Source of the DNA: Thermus sp.
GTDB lineage: Bacteria > Deinococcota > Deinococci > Deinococcales > Thermaceae
Direction: 5' to 3'
Assembly: GCF_037444525.1 (NCBI RefSeq)
Contig: NZ_JBBIMD010000002.1
Coordinates: 117 to 64,116 of the forward strand
Length of the DNA: 64,000 nucleotides
Shown: positions 54,903 to 63,793 of the stretch, in pieces
How the letters are laid out: every line of letters starts with the position of its first letter
Numbering within the stretch: the stretch's first letter is position 1
Program-made: the position numbers and the translations under genes
Notes under the pieces: generated by a model
Told to the model about the DNA's origin: nothing
Databases searched by the model: none
The model's input: the letters and a program-made list of their open reading frames with translations, nothing else

Positions 54903-57900
54903 GGCGGGCCTTGGCCTTACTGGCCTTGGTCACCCTGGCCCTGGGCCAGACCCTCATCAAGGCCACGGTTCCGGGCCCCGAGCTGGGCTGGTCCGTGAGG
55001 AGCCTCGAGGTCTGGCTCCTGCCCCAGGGGAAAAGCGTGAAGGTGGAGGTCTACTCCCCCGGCTTTGACCCCACGGATTACCGGAGCGCCCTAAGGGGGC
55101 AGGAGGAGCTGGGGGACGAGCGCTACGATGGAGGGCAAGGCGAGGTGGAGGCCACCTTCCACCTGGAAAGGCGGGGGGAGGTCCTGAGGGAGGCCCGCTT
55201 TGGGGTGGAGCCCCACCGCTGGGTGACCCTCTGGGAAGGGCCCCTTCCCCAGGAGCCCCATCTCCTCCTAGCCCGCATCCGGGGCCTGGGGAAAAACGCC
55301 TTCGTTTACCGCATCTCGGGGGCCAGGCTGGTCCTGGACGAGATCCCCCAACTCCTGGACGTGCGCACCGGCGGGCCCACCCTCCGCCAGCCTTCGCAAG
55401 GGGAAGGGCCGTGGGTGGAGCTCCTGCGCCTGGAGGCTCCAAACCCCTTCACCGTCCACTTCTACGACGAGGACGGCCCCGAGGAGCTGGAGTCCAGGGT
55501 GGTCTACCCTGGTTTTGAGGAAACCCGCCCCGTCTCCGGCGACCTGGCCTGGGCCCCCTACGCCTTGCGCCAGGCTGGGCTGGTGCGCTTCCTCTTCCGC
55601 CAGCCGGCCACGGCCGAACAGTACTCCAACACCATCGCCTTCCGGGCAGAAGCCTGCCTCGAGGTCCTCCCGGACCGCCTAAGGGCCATCCCCCCCGAAG
55701 AGGCGGAAGCCCTAGCGGTAGACCCCGCGGGCACCCCCCTTTCCCTCCCTATCCGCCGGGAAGGGCGTCGGTTCGTCCCCGACCTCCCCCCAGGCTACCG
55801 CCTCCTCCGGGCGGAGGGGGAAGGAGCGGTGCGGATCAGCCCAGAGGGGCGGAGCGCGGAGGTGGGCTGCCCCGGGGGCCGGGTGCGCTTCGTGGTGGAG
55901 CCCCCCACGGCCACCCTGGAGGTGGAGGCCCTCCTCCTCCTCCCAGAGCGCACCCTTCCCGCCCGCCTGCGGCTAAACGGCCAGCCCCTGGAGGGCAGCC
56001 TCCGCCTGGACCTTCCCCCCGGCCGCCACCCCCTCTCCTGGGAGGCCCCAGGGCTCCTCCCCTTAGACCCCCTGCCCCAAACGGCGGAACTCGGGCCGGG
56101 GGAGGTCCGCCGCCTCCAGCTCCGCTTCCGCCCCCAGGTGGACCTCACCCTCACCCCCCCGAGCCAAACCGTGCGGCGTGGAGAGGAGGGCAAGGTGGCC
56201 CTCCAGGCCACCACCCTTTACCCCGGCCTCCTCCCAGCCGAGCTGGCCCTGGAGCTTCCCCCCGGGCTCACTCCCCTGGGCCCCACCCGCGTCTCCGGCC
56301 CCCTGGGAGGCGGGCGGGCCTTGGCCCTAGAGGTCCCCTTCCGAACCGAGGCTGGAGGGAGCTTCCAGGTCCGGGGCACCCTGGCCCCGTACGGCCTGGA
56401 CCGCACCGGAGAGGTCCGGGTCTTCCTCCCCGCCACCCTCACCCTCAAAAAAGAGGCCCTCACCCCCGAGGTGCCCGCCGGGGGCGTGGCCCGCTTCCAG
56501 GTCACCGTGGTCAACCAGGGGGACGAGCCCGCCCGGGCCACCCTCCTGGACCGCTTCCTGGACCGGGAGGAGCGGATAGAGGTGGCCCTGGGGCCCAGGG
56601 AGGGTCGGAGCCACACCCTGGAGTTCCCCGTGCCCGAAGGGGCCCAAGGGGTCCTGGTGAACCGGGCGGAGCTGGGGGAGCTCAGGGCCGAGGCCAGCGT
56701 GCGGGTTCTCCGGCCGGAGGCCCTCCTCGCCCGGGAAACCCCCCACCGGGCCTACCTGCCGGGGGAGGTGGCGGAGGTGCGCCTCCGGGTGAGAAACCCC
56801 GGGGAAGCCCCCTTGCGCTACCAGCTTTCCGACAGATGCCCAGACGGCTTCACCCCCCTTTCGGAGCCCCGCTTTGAAGGGGTGCTGGCCCCCGGGGAAG
56901 AGCGGGTCCACACCTACCGCCTTAAGGTGGAGTTCGGCCCCGAGACGGAAGGGGTCTGCCAGGCGGAGCTTGCCGGGAACGCCGGCAGGCGCCAAGCGGA
57001 AACCCCCATCGCCCGCAAGCTCCTCAGGCTCAGCAAGGTGGCCGAGCCCGCCCGAATCCTGGAAGGGGGCGAGGGGCGCTTTCTCCTCCGGGTGGAAAAC
57101 CCCACGGACCACCAGGTGGAGGTGAAGCTCCGGGAGGTGCCCGACCCCGCCCTGGGCCTCCTCCTGGAGGAGAGGATCCTAAGGCTAGGCCCTGGAGAAG
57201 TGTGGACGGGAGAAGTCCCCTTCCGCGCTCCGGCGCCCGGCCGCTACCGCAACACCCTCCAGGCCCAGGTGGGGGAAGCCATGGCCGCCTTCCCCCAGGA
57301 AGCCCTGGTGGAAAGCCTTCCCCTCTTAGTCCCAGAGCGCATCTCCACCCTAAGCCTCCGCTACGGGGTGGAAGGCCCCGCAGGAAGCCTCCTCCTGGCC
57401 CACAAGCCCCCTGAGGGGAGCGCCTACGTTCCGGGCTCCGCCCGGCTCCAGGGCCTCCCCCTGGAAGACCCCCACCTCCTCCCCGATGGCCGCCTGGCCT
57501 GGCGCCTCCCCTTCCCTGGGGGCAAGGCCGAGGGGGAGGTGACCTACCAGGTGCGCCACCAGACCGCCCTCTCCCCCCTTTCCGAGCCCCACCTCACCCT
57601 GGTGGCCCTGGACCGGGAGATCCCCCTCAAAGGGCAGGTCACCCTTAAGGACTACGAGCGGGGCAAGCCCCTGGAAGGGGAGCGCCCGGGCCTCATCCGC
57701 GAGCCCAAGGATGGGGCCATCCTGGGGGAGCGGGCGAGGCTTTCCGTCCAAGCCCCCATGGGCCCCCTGGAGGTCCTCCTAAACGGCAAACCCGTGCCCA
57801 AGGAGCTCCTTGGTGAAGCCCAGTACGACGAGAAGGCCGGGGTGCAGCGCCTGGCCTACTACGGCCTTCCCCTGGCGGAGGGCAAAAACGTCCTGGAGGT

Positions 57901-60190
57901 CATCACCCCCTCGGCCTACGACCAGGTGGAGGTCTTCCGGCCGGGAGCCCCAGTGAGGGTGGTGGCCGAACCCACGCGATTCGTGGCGGATGGGCGCACC
58001 CCCCTGGAGCTTCGGCTGAAGGCGGTGGACGCCCTGGGCCTCCCCTCAGGCTTCGGCTTCCTCACCCTCGAGGCCGACCCCGAGCCCATCGCCGCGGACG
58101 CAAGCCCCCTGGAGCCCGGCTACCAGGTCCTCCTCAAGGACGGGGTGGCCGAGGTCCTCCTCAAGCCCCTCCCCGCGCCCCGGCCGGTCACCCTCCGCTA
58201 CCGCTTGGGCAACCTGGAGGGGTCCTTCCGCTCCGAGCCCCAAGGCCCCACCAGCACCCTCTGGCTGGCCCAGGCGAGCCTCACCCTGGGGTACGACGCG
58301 GTCCAAGGGGGGCTTTACCTCCAGGGCCTGGGCCGGGCCTACGGGGAGGGTCCCCTCCTCCGGGGCTCCTTCCAGGGGGCCTTGGACACCACAGGAGACC
58401 TGGCCCGCACCCCAGAGGGGAGCTTCCTCCCCCTTACCGGCAGCGGCACCGAGGCCACCCGCCCCCTCACCTCCGACGACCCCGTGGCCTTCCGCTACAC
58501 GGAAGCGGGCCTGGCCCTCTCCTACGAACGGGCCCCCCTAGGGCCCACCCTCCCCGAGGCCACCGCCTTGAGGCTTAGGGCCCTGGGGCCGGTGGAGGCC
58601 GAGGCCTTCTTGGGCCTCCTCCCCCTCGGGCGGGTGGAGGAGGAGATCACCCCCGATGGGGGCTCCAGCTACCGCCTGCGCTTCATCCCCAAGGCGGGGA
58701 GCCTGGCCCTCTACCTCCGGGAGGGGGGCCGGGAGGCCCTCCTCCAGGAGGGGCGGGACTACGTCCTGGACCGCACCACAGGGTACATCCACCTGGCCAG
58801 GCCCCTCCTCCCCCTCACCCCCGACTTCGCTCCCGTGCGGCTCCTCGCGGTCTACACCCCCGAAAGCGCCCCCAGGGAGGCCCTAGCCTATGGCCTTTCC
58901 GTGGGCTACCGGGAAGGGGCCTTCCGGGCACGCCTGGGGATCGCCTACTACGAGGGCTTTCAGTTTGGGGGCGAGGTGGGGTACGAGGCCGGGGGGAGCC
59001 GGGCCCTCCTCACCTACCGGCAAGAGGAGGGCAAACCCCCCACCTTCGGTCTCACCCTGGCCTACCGGGAAGGCGCCCTCGAGGCCCAAGGCGACCTGCG
59101 CTACGCCTATGGCAGCCCGCCCGAGGGCCGGGCGCGCCTGGCCTACGATCTTGGCCCCTGGGCCCTGGCCCTGGAACAAAGCGGCCCCAAGACCGCCCTG
59201 GCGGCCGAGGCCAAGCTCGGGGGCCCCTTCCGGGTGGGGGCTGGTGCGGGGTACGACTGGGGCCTGAAGAGCACCTTCCTCCTCGCCCGCCTGGCCTACC
59301 AGGAAGGGGAAAACCGCCTGGCCCTCTCCTACTACACCCCCGGCGAAGGAGAGCTTTCCGGGCGCTTCGGCCTGGCCCAAAACCTCTTCCTGGAAGGGGG
59401 CCTGCGCTACCGGGAAGGGGAGGTGGGGGGCAGCGTGGGGCTCAAAAGCGCCCTGGGGGGCGCCAACCTGGCCCTTTCCTACGAGCTCCCCACGGCGAGT
59501 GGGGAAGGGAACCGGGCCCGGTTGGGCCTGGAAGCCCCCCTCCCCCTGGATGAGCGCTGGAGCCTGAACGTTACCGCAGGCCTGGCCTACAAGCTGGACA
59601 CGGCGGAAGGGCAAAGCGCCCTGGGCCTTGGCCTGCGCTACCGCACGGAGGCGTTCGTGGCCACCCTGGCCGGGGAGTGGGCCACGGGCCGCCTCCTCTT
59701 CCGGGCTGGGGCCGCGGGAGCCCCTGCCGAGGACCAGGCCTTGGCCCTGGACCTCACCCTGGAGGCCCTCCCCACGCCTAAGCTCGGTTTCAGCGTCTCC
59801 TACGCCCTCTGGGCCGAAGGCTTCACCCTCCTCACCCACCACCTCTACAAGGAGAGCACCCTGGAAGGCCAGACCCTGGCCAACCTCCACGGCAAGGAGT
59901 TCAGCCTGCGCCCAAGCCTTCTCTACCGCTACCCCTTCCAGGACCCCGAGGGCTTGGCCCTGGAGGTGGGCCTTGGGGGCACCTACCTCTTTAGCGCCTT
60001 CGGGGTGGGGGCCAACCTCTACTATGGCCTCCTCCCCCGGCTTGGGGAGGGGGCGGGCGCCTTCAGCGTGGAGGGCACCTGGCGGGCCCTGGAGGGCTTT
60101 TGGCTCAGCCTGGGGTACACCTTCGGCGAGACCGGCTTCCGCCGTCCGGGGCCCTACCTGAGGCTGGATGTCTTCGGAGGTAGCCGATGA
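54899..60190 (+). CDS. 1763-aa secreted protein: Ig/DUF11 domains plus predicted C-terminal outer-membrane beta-barrel
   Basis: Signal peptide; LKK/LSK...VxNxG repeats; ADGRTPLELRL Big-like domain; about 600 C-terminal residues of alternating amphipathic strands rich in G/Y/F, ending YLRLDVFGGSR. Confidence 0.8.
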   Translation: MRRALALLALVTLALGQTLIKATVPGPELGWSVRSLEVWLLPQGKSVKVEVYSPGFDPTDYRSALRGQEELGDERYDGGQGEVEATFHLERRGEVLREARFGVEPHRWVTLWEGPLPQEPHLLLARIRGLGKNAFVYRISGARLVLDEIPQLLDVRTGGPTLRQPSQGEGPWVELLRLEAPNPFTVHFYDEDGPEELESRVVYPGFEETRPVSGDLAWAPYALRQAGLVRFLFRQPATAEQYSNTIAFRAEACLEVLPDRLRAIPPEEAEALAVDPAGTPLSLPIRREGRRFVPDLPPGYRLLRAEGEGAVRISPEGRSAEVGCPGGRVRFVVEPPTATLEVEALLLLPERTLPARLRLNGQPLEGSLRLDLPPGRHPLSWEAPGLLPLDPLPQTAELGPGEVRRLQLRFRPQVDLTLTPPSQTVRRGEEGKVALQATTLYPGLLPAELALELPPGLTPLGPTRVSGPLGGGRALALEVPFRTEAGGSFQVRGTLAPYGLDRTGEVRVFLPATLTLKKEALTPEVPAGGVARFQVTVVNQGDEPARATLLDRFLDREERIEVALGPREGRSHTLEFPVPEGAQGVLVNRAELGELRAEASVRVLRPEALLARETPHRAYLPGEVAEVRLRVRNPGEAPLRYQLSDRCPDGFTPLSEPRFEGVLAPGEERVHTYRLKVEFGPETEGVCQAELAGNAGRRQAETPIARKLLRLSKVAEPARILEGGEGRFLLRVENPTDHQVEVKLREVPDPALGLLLEERILRLGPGEVWTGEVPFRAPAPGRYRNTLQAQVGEAMAAFPQEALVESLPLLVPERISTLSLRYGVEGPAGSLLLAHKPPEGSAYVPGSARLQGLPLEDPHLLPDGRLAWRLPFPGGKAEGEVTYQVRHQTALSPLSEPHLTLVALDREIPLKGQVTLKDYERGKPLEGERPGLIREPKDGAILGERARLSVQAPMGPLEVLLNGKPVPKELLGEAQYDEKAGVQRLAYYGLPLAEGKNVLEVITPSAYDQVEVFRPGAPVRVVAEPTRFVADGRTPLELRLKAVDALGLPSGFGFLTLEADPEPIAADASPLEPGYQVLLKDGVAEVLLKPLPAPRPVTLRYRLGNLEGSFRSEPQGPTSTLWLAQASLTLGYDAVQGGLYLQGLGRAYGEGPLLRGSFQGALDTTGDLARTPEGSFLPLTGSGTEATRPLTSDDPVAFRYTEAGLALSYERAPLGPTLPEATALRLRALGPVEAEAFLGLLPLGRVEEEITPDGGSSYRLRFIPKAGSLALYLREGGREALLQEGRDYVLDRTTGYIHLARPLLPLTPDFAPVRLLAVYTPESAPREALAYGLSVGYREGAFRARLGIAYYEGFQFGGEVGYEAGGSRALLTYRQEEGKPPTFGLTLAYREGALEAQGDLRYAYGSPPEGRARLAYDLGPWALALEQSGPKTALAAEAKLGGPFRVGAGAGYDWGLKSTFLLARLAYQEGENRLALSYYTPGEGELSGRFGLAQNLFLEGGLRYREGEVGGSVGLKSALGGANLALSYELPTASGEGNRARLGLEAPLPLDERWSLNVTAGLAYKLDTAEGQSALGLGLRYRTEAFVATLAGEWATGRLLFRAGAAGAPAEDQALALDLTLEALPTPKLGFSVSYALWAEGFTLLTHHLYKESTLEGQTLANLHGKEFSLRPSLLYRYPFQDPEGLALEVGLGGTYLFSAFGVGANLYYGLLPRLGEGAGAFSVEGTWRALEGFWLSLGYTFGETGFRRPGPYLRLDVFGGSR

Positions 60191-63100
60191 AGCGCCTCTT
60201 GGCCCTTGTGCTTCTCCTGTTCCTAACAGCTCAAGGCCAGATAGTCCGCCCCTTCGCCCTCCGCTATTCCAACACGGTCCAGGGGGATATCCTCATCATC
60301 GGCAACACCCTGGAGGCATGTAGCAACAACGCGTTTACTACGATTACCCCAAGCCAGCCTCCATCCTGCAACCCCAATGGCAGTAAAAACAACAATCGCT
60401 ACCAAATGGCTTTCGTTGACTTTGATGGGGTATCTGGCACGTTCAACTCCAGCGCCGCCACCCTCAACCTTCCCCTTGGGAGCACCGTACTCTGGGCAGG
60501 CCTCTACTGGGGCGGCTCCCTTGACGGAAGCGTGCCCCCCCCAAACTCCAGTGCGATCGGTCAGGTACAGCTCCGTTTTGGGAGCGAAAGCTACGTTCCG
60601 GTTTCTGCAACCCAAATAGACACCGGCATCACCCACCCCGAAAACCCCTACAGCGCTTTCGCTGATGTCACAAGCTTTGTCCAGACTCACGGAGCAGGCC
60701 CGTACTGGGTGGCTAACGTGCAAGCTTCCAGGGGAACCGTTAACGGCGGCACCTTCGCCGGATGGAGCCTGGTGGTGGTTTTCCAGAATCCCAGTGAGCC
60801 GCTTCGCAACCTAAGCGTTTTTGACGGATACCTCAACCAGGCTTGCAACGCTCCACCCACCACCATCTCCGTGTCCGGCTTTTTAACCCCGAGCACAGGC
60901 CCAGTCAACGCTCGCATTGGCTTCGTTACCCAGGAAGGTGATGCAGCCACCACAGGGGACAGCTTAGCCATGAGCCGAGATTGCCTTCTCTTTAACAATC
61001 TCGCGGACGCCCAGGAACAGGAAGAAGAACAGGAAGAAGAACAGGAAGAAGAACAGGAAGAAGAAGATGATGCAGCCACCACAGGGGACAGCTTAGCCAT
61101 GAGCCGAGATGGCCTTCTCTTTAACAATCTCGCGGACGGAAGCGTGCGGCCAGCAAACAACTTCTTCAACTCCCGGGCCACGCAGCTTGGCAGTATTCTC
61201 ACAGGACGTACCCCGAACTACACCAACCTTTTGGGCTTTGACCTTGGGGTATTGGAAAACAGCACCGTCTTGCAAAACGGAGATCAACAGGCCTATTTGC
61301 GCTTCTCCACCAATGGAGACGGATATTACCCCCAGGTGCTCACCTTCGCCATCAACGTCTACCTCCCCGACCTCACCACCACCTTCACCAAAACCCAGCA
61401 GGACCTAAACGGGGGGAACCTGGAGGTGGGGGATATCCTGGAGTACACCATAAGCTTCACCAACACTGGCGGGGACGGGGCCACCAACGTGGTGGTGGTG
61501 GACCCCATCCCCCCCAGCACCCAGTACGAGCCAGGAAGCCTCCAGGTGGTGCAAAACGCCCCCTCAGCCCCCACCGGCGCCTTCACCGATGCCCCAGGGG
61601 ACGATATCGCCGAGTACGACAGCACCAACAACCGGGTGGTCTTCCGCCTGGGCACGGGAGCCAACGCCAGCCAAGGGGGGCTCATCCTTCCCACCCAGGG
61701 GGCCACAGTGAGGTTCCGGGTGAGGGTCCTCCCTTCCGCTGCCGGGCAAACCCTCACCAACACCGCCCAGGTGACCTACAACAGCCAAACCTTAGGCACG
61801 GCCTTCAGCCAAACCGCCTCCTCCAGCGCAAGCGTTGCCGTCCAGCCCGCGGCCGACCTAAGGGTTAGCAAAGTGGGGCCCGCCACCGCCCTGCCAGGGG
61901 GCCCCATAAGCTACACGGTCACCGTGGAGAACCTAGGGCCTTCCCCGGTGACGAGCGCCCCGTTCACGGACAACGTACCTAGCGGCATCGGCGGCGTGAG
62001 CTGGACCTGCACGGGAAACAGCGGGGCAAGCTGCAGCACCCCTTCCGGCACCGGAAACGCCATTGGCCTCACCCTGGACCTTCCCGCAGGAAGCGCCGCC
62101 ACCCTCAGCATCTCGGGCACCGTAAGCCCCAGCGCCGCCGGGCAGACCCTCACCAACACCGCAACCGCCTCCACCCCTGCTGGGGTAACGGAGCTGAACC
62201 CCAGCGACAACACCGCCAGCGCCTCCACCAGCGTAAGCCCGGGCTACACCCTTTCCGGTTCCGTCTACCACGACCGGGAGCCCAACGGGGCAAAAAACGG
62301 GGAGGACTGGGCCGATGGGGTTACGGTCTATGTAAAGCTCGTCCAGGGGAGCACGGCGGTGGCGGTGCAAGCCGTGGGCCCAGGAAGTGGAGGGTTCAGC
62401 TTCTTCCCCGTCCCGCCCGGAAACTACACCCTGGTCCTGGACGACAACGGAAGCACCACCGACACCACCCCCACCCCCCCTCCCGGCTGGCACTTCATCA
62501 ACCCCGGGGGCGGGCTCCTCAGCGTGACCGTAAACGGCGACCTGCCGGGCCTGGACTTCGGCCTCTTCCACGGCACCCGCCTGGTGGGCACCGTCTTCTA
62601 CGACGACGGGGAGGGTGGGGGCGCAGCGAACAACGCCCTTAGGGATGGGGGTGAGCGGGGCATAGCTGGGATCGCGGTCACCGCCACCGATGGAAGCCAG
62701 TTCCGCACCGCCCTCACCGATGGAAACGGAAGCTACCTCCTCTGGATCCCCTACGGCTGGGGCCGGGTGACCCTCTCCCACCCCCTCCGTCCTGCCACAG
62801 GCTGGAACGATGGGAGCGCGGCCACGCCGGTGGGGAGCTGGGCGGACGCCACCGCGCCCACCTCCCCCGGCGCGGTGGTGGACCTGGGGCCGGCCTCAAG
62901 CCTTCCCCCCGCCTTGGCGCGGAACTTCGGGGTGGTGCGGCCTAGCCTCCTCAGACCCCCCCAGTCCGGCCAGGCCACCAGCCCCGGAGTCTACACCCTC
63001 GCCCATACCTTCCGCCCGGGCACCCTGGGGGGCTTCACCTTGAGCCTGGCCGGCGGAATCTACACCTACCGGGTGCGGGCGGACCTGAACTGCGATGGGG

Positions 63101-63696
63101 ATTTTGACGACCCCGGGGAGGGGTTCTCGGCCTTTCCCATTGCCCTCAGCGTGAGCGCCGCCTGGCCCAGGGAAGCGGACGGCGGCCTCAAGGCCTGCCC
63201 CCTCGAGGTCCAAGCCCTTGTCCCTCCTGGGGAGCCCCCTGGGCGCACGGATGTGGCCCTCCTCCAGGGGAGCCTAGCCTGGGCGGGTAGCGGCGTGGTG
63301 GAACCCCTCACCCTCACCGACCTCCTCACCGTGACGGGGGGCGAGGTGCGCCTCAGCAAGGAGGTGCGCAACCTCACCCAAGGGGGGCCCTTCGGCAGGA
63401 GCGCCCAGGCCAGGCCCGGCGAGGTCCTGGAGTACTGCATCGCCTACCAGAACCTGGGCACCGCCCCCGTGACGAACGTGGCCTTGGCCGATCCCATCCC
63501 CTTCTTCACCGACCTGGTCCTTGGGGCCTACGGGGGTAGAGACCTCCGCTGGACCCAGGGGAGCACGGTCCAGGACCTCACCGCCGCCCAGGACAGCGAC
63601 GCCGGGCACGTGGCCGCGGGGGTGGTCTACCTCCAGGTGGGCTCCCTGAACCCCGGGGAAAGCGGAAGCCTCTGCTACCGGGTGCAGGTGCGGTAG
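60187..63696 (+). CDS. Secreted 1169-aa putative tip adhesin: variable N-domain, DUF11 repeats, SdrD-B-like domains
   Basis: Signal peptide; AT-richer N-domain; FTK/VSK...NTA repeats; LSGSVYHDREPNG and LVGTVFYDDG domains; C-terminal LSK...ADPIP...CYRVQVR. Confidence 0.85.
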   Translation: MKRLLALVLLLFLTAQGQIVRPFALRYSNTVQGDILIIGNTLEACSNNAFTTITPSQPPSCNPNGSKNNNRYQMAFVDFDGVSGTFNSSAATLNLPLGSTVLWAGLYWGGSLDGSVPPPNSSAIGQVQLRFGSESYVPVSATQIDTGITHPENPYSAFADVTSFVQTHGAGPYWVANVQASRGTVNGGTFAGWSLVVVFQNPSEPLRNLSVFDGYLNQACNAPPTTISVSGFLTPSTGPVNARIGFVTQEGDAATTGDSLAMSRDCLLFNNLADAQEQEEEQEEEQEEEQEEEDDAATTGDSLAMSRDGLLFNNLADGSVRPANNFFNSRATQLGSILTGRTPNYTNLLGFDLGVLENSTVLQNGDQQAYLRFSTNGDGYYPQVLTFAINVYLPDLTTTFTKTQQDLNGGNLEVGDILEYTISFTNTGGDGATNVVVVDPIPPSTQYEPGSLQVVQNAPSAPTGAFTDAPGDDIAEYDSTNNRVVFRLGTGANASQGGLILPTQGATVRFRVRVLPSAAGQTLTNTAQVTYNSQTLGTAFSQTASSSASVAVQPAADLRVSKVGPATALPGGPISYTVTVENLGPSPVTSAPFTDNVPSGIGGVSWTCTGNSGASCSTPSGTGNAIGLTLDLPAGSAATLSISGTVSPSAAGQTLTNTATASTPAGVTELNPSDNTASASTSVSPGYTLSGSVYHDREPNGAKNGEDWADGVTVYVKLVQGSTAVAVQAVGPGSGGFSFFPVPPGNYTLVLDDNGSTTDTTPTPPPGWHFINPGGGLLSVTVNGDLPGLDFGLFHGTRLVGTVFYDDGEGGGAANNALRDGGERGIAGIAVTATDGSQFRTALTDGNGSYLLWIPYGWGRVTLSHPLRPATGWNDGSAATPVGSWADATAPTSPGAVVDLGPASSLPPALARNFGVVRPSLLRPPQSGQATSPGVYTLAHTFRPGTLGGFTLSLAGGIYTYRVRADLNCDGDFDDPGEGFSAFPIALSVSAAWPREADGGLKACPLEVQALVPPGEPPGRTDVALLQGSLAWAGSGVVEPLTLTDLLTVTGGEVRLSKEVRNLTQGGPFGRSAQARPGEVLEYCIAYQNLGTAPVTNVALADPIPFFTDLVLGAYGGRDLRWTQGSTVQDLTAAQDSDAGHVAAGVVYLQVGSLNPGESGSLCYRVQVR
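60940..61138 (+). repeat. 70-bp direct duplication flanking a (CAGGAAGAAGAA)x4 tandem repeat
   Basis: 60940-61009 and 61069-61138 differ at one base; four 12-nt units at 61018-61065; the reading frame is kept. Confidence 0.92.
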
Positions 63697-63708
63697 AGGG
63701 CTTGGCCT

Positions 63709-63743
63709 AAGAAAAACCCCCGGGCCCTAGGGCCCGGGGTCTT
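63709..63743. terminator. Bidirectional intrinsic terminator
   Basis: 10-bp stem ccccgggccc/gggcccgggg flanked by aagaaaaa and tcttt. Confidence 0.8.
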
Positions 63744-63793
63744 TGGTGGGCGGCGTAGGACTTGAACCTACGACCTCTCGCGTGTGAGGCAAG
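63744..63793 (-). mobile_element. 3' fragment of tRNA-Val(CAC): probable attachment site of an integrated element
   Basis: Minus strand reads cttgc-ctCACac-gcgag, T-arm gtagg-TTCAAGT-cctac, gccgccc-A-CCA; no D-arm or 5' acceptor strand upstream. Confidence 0.85.

Noticed and set aside
60940-61138. CRISPR array or mini-array
   Set aside because: Only two 70-bp copies, inside a coding frame, separated by a microsatellite; no cas genes and no unique spacers.
49074-63696. Classical chaperone-usher, type IV, sortase or type V system
   Set aside because: No PapD/PapC motifs, prepilin cleavage sites, LPxTG signals, POTRA domains or autotransporter signature were seen.
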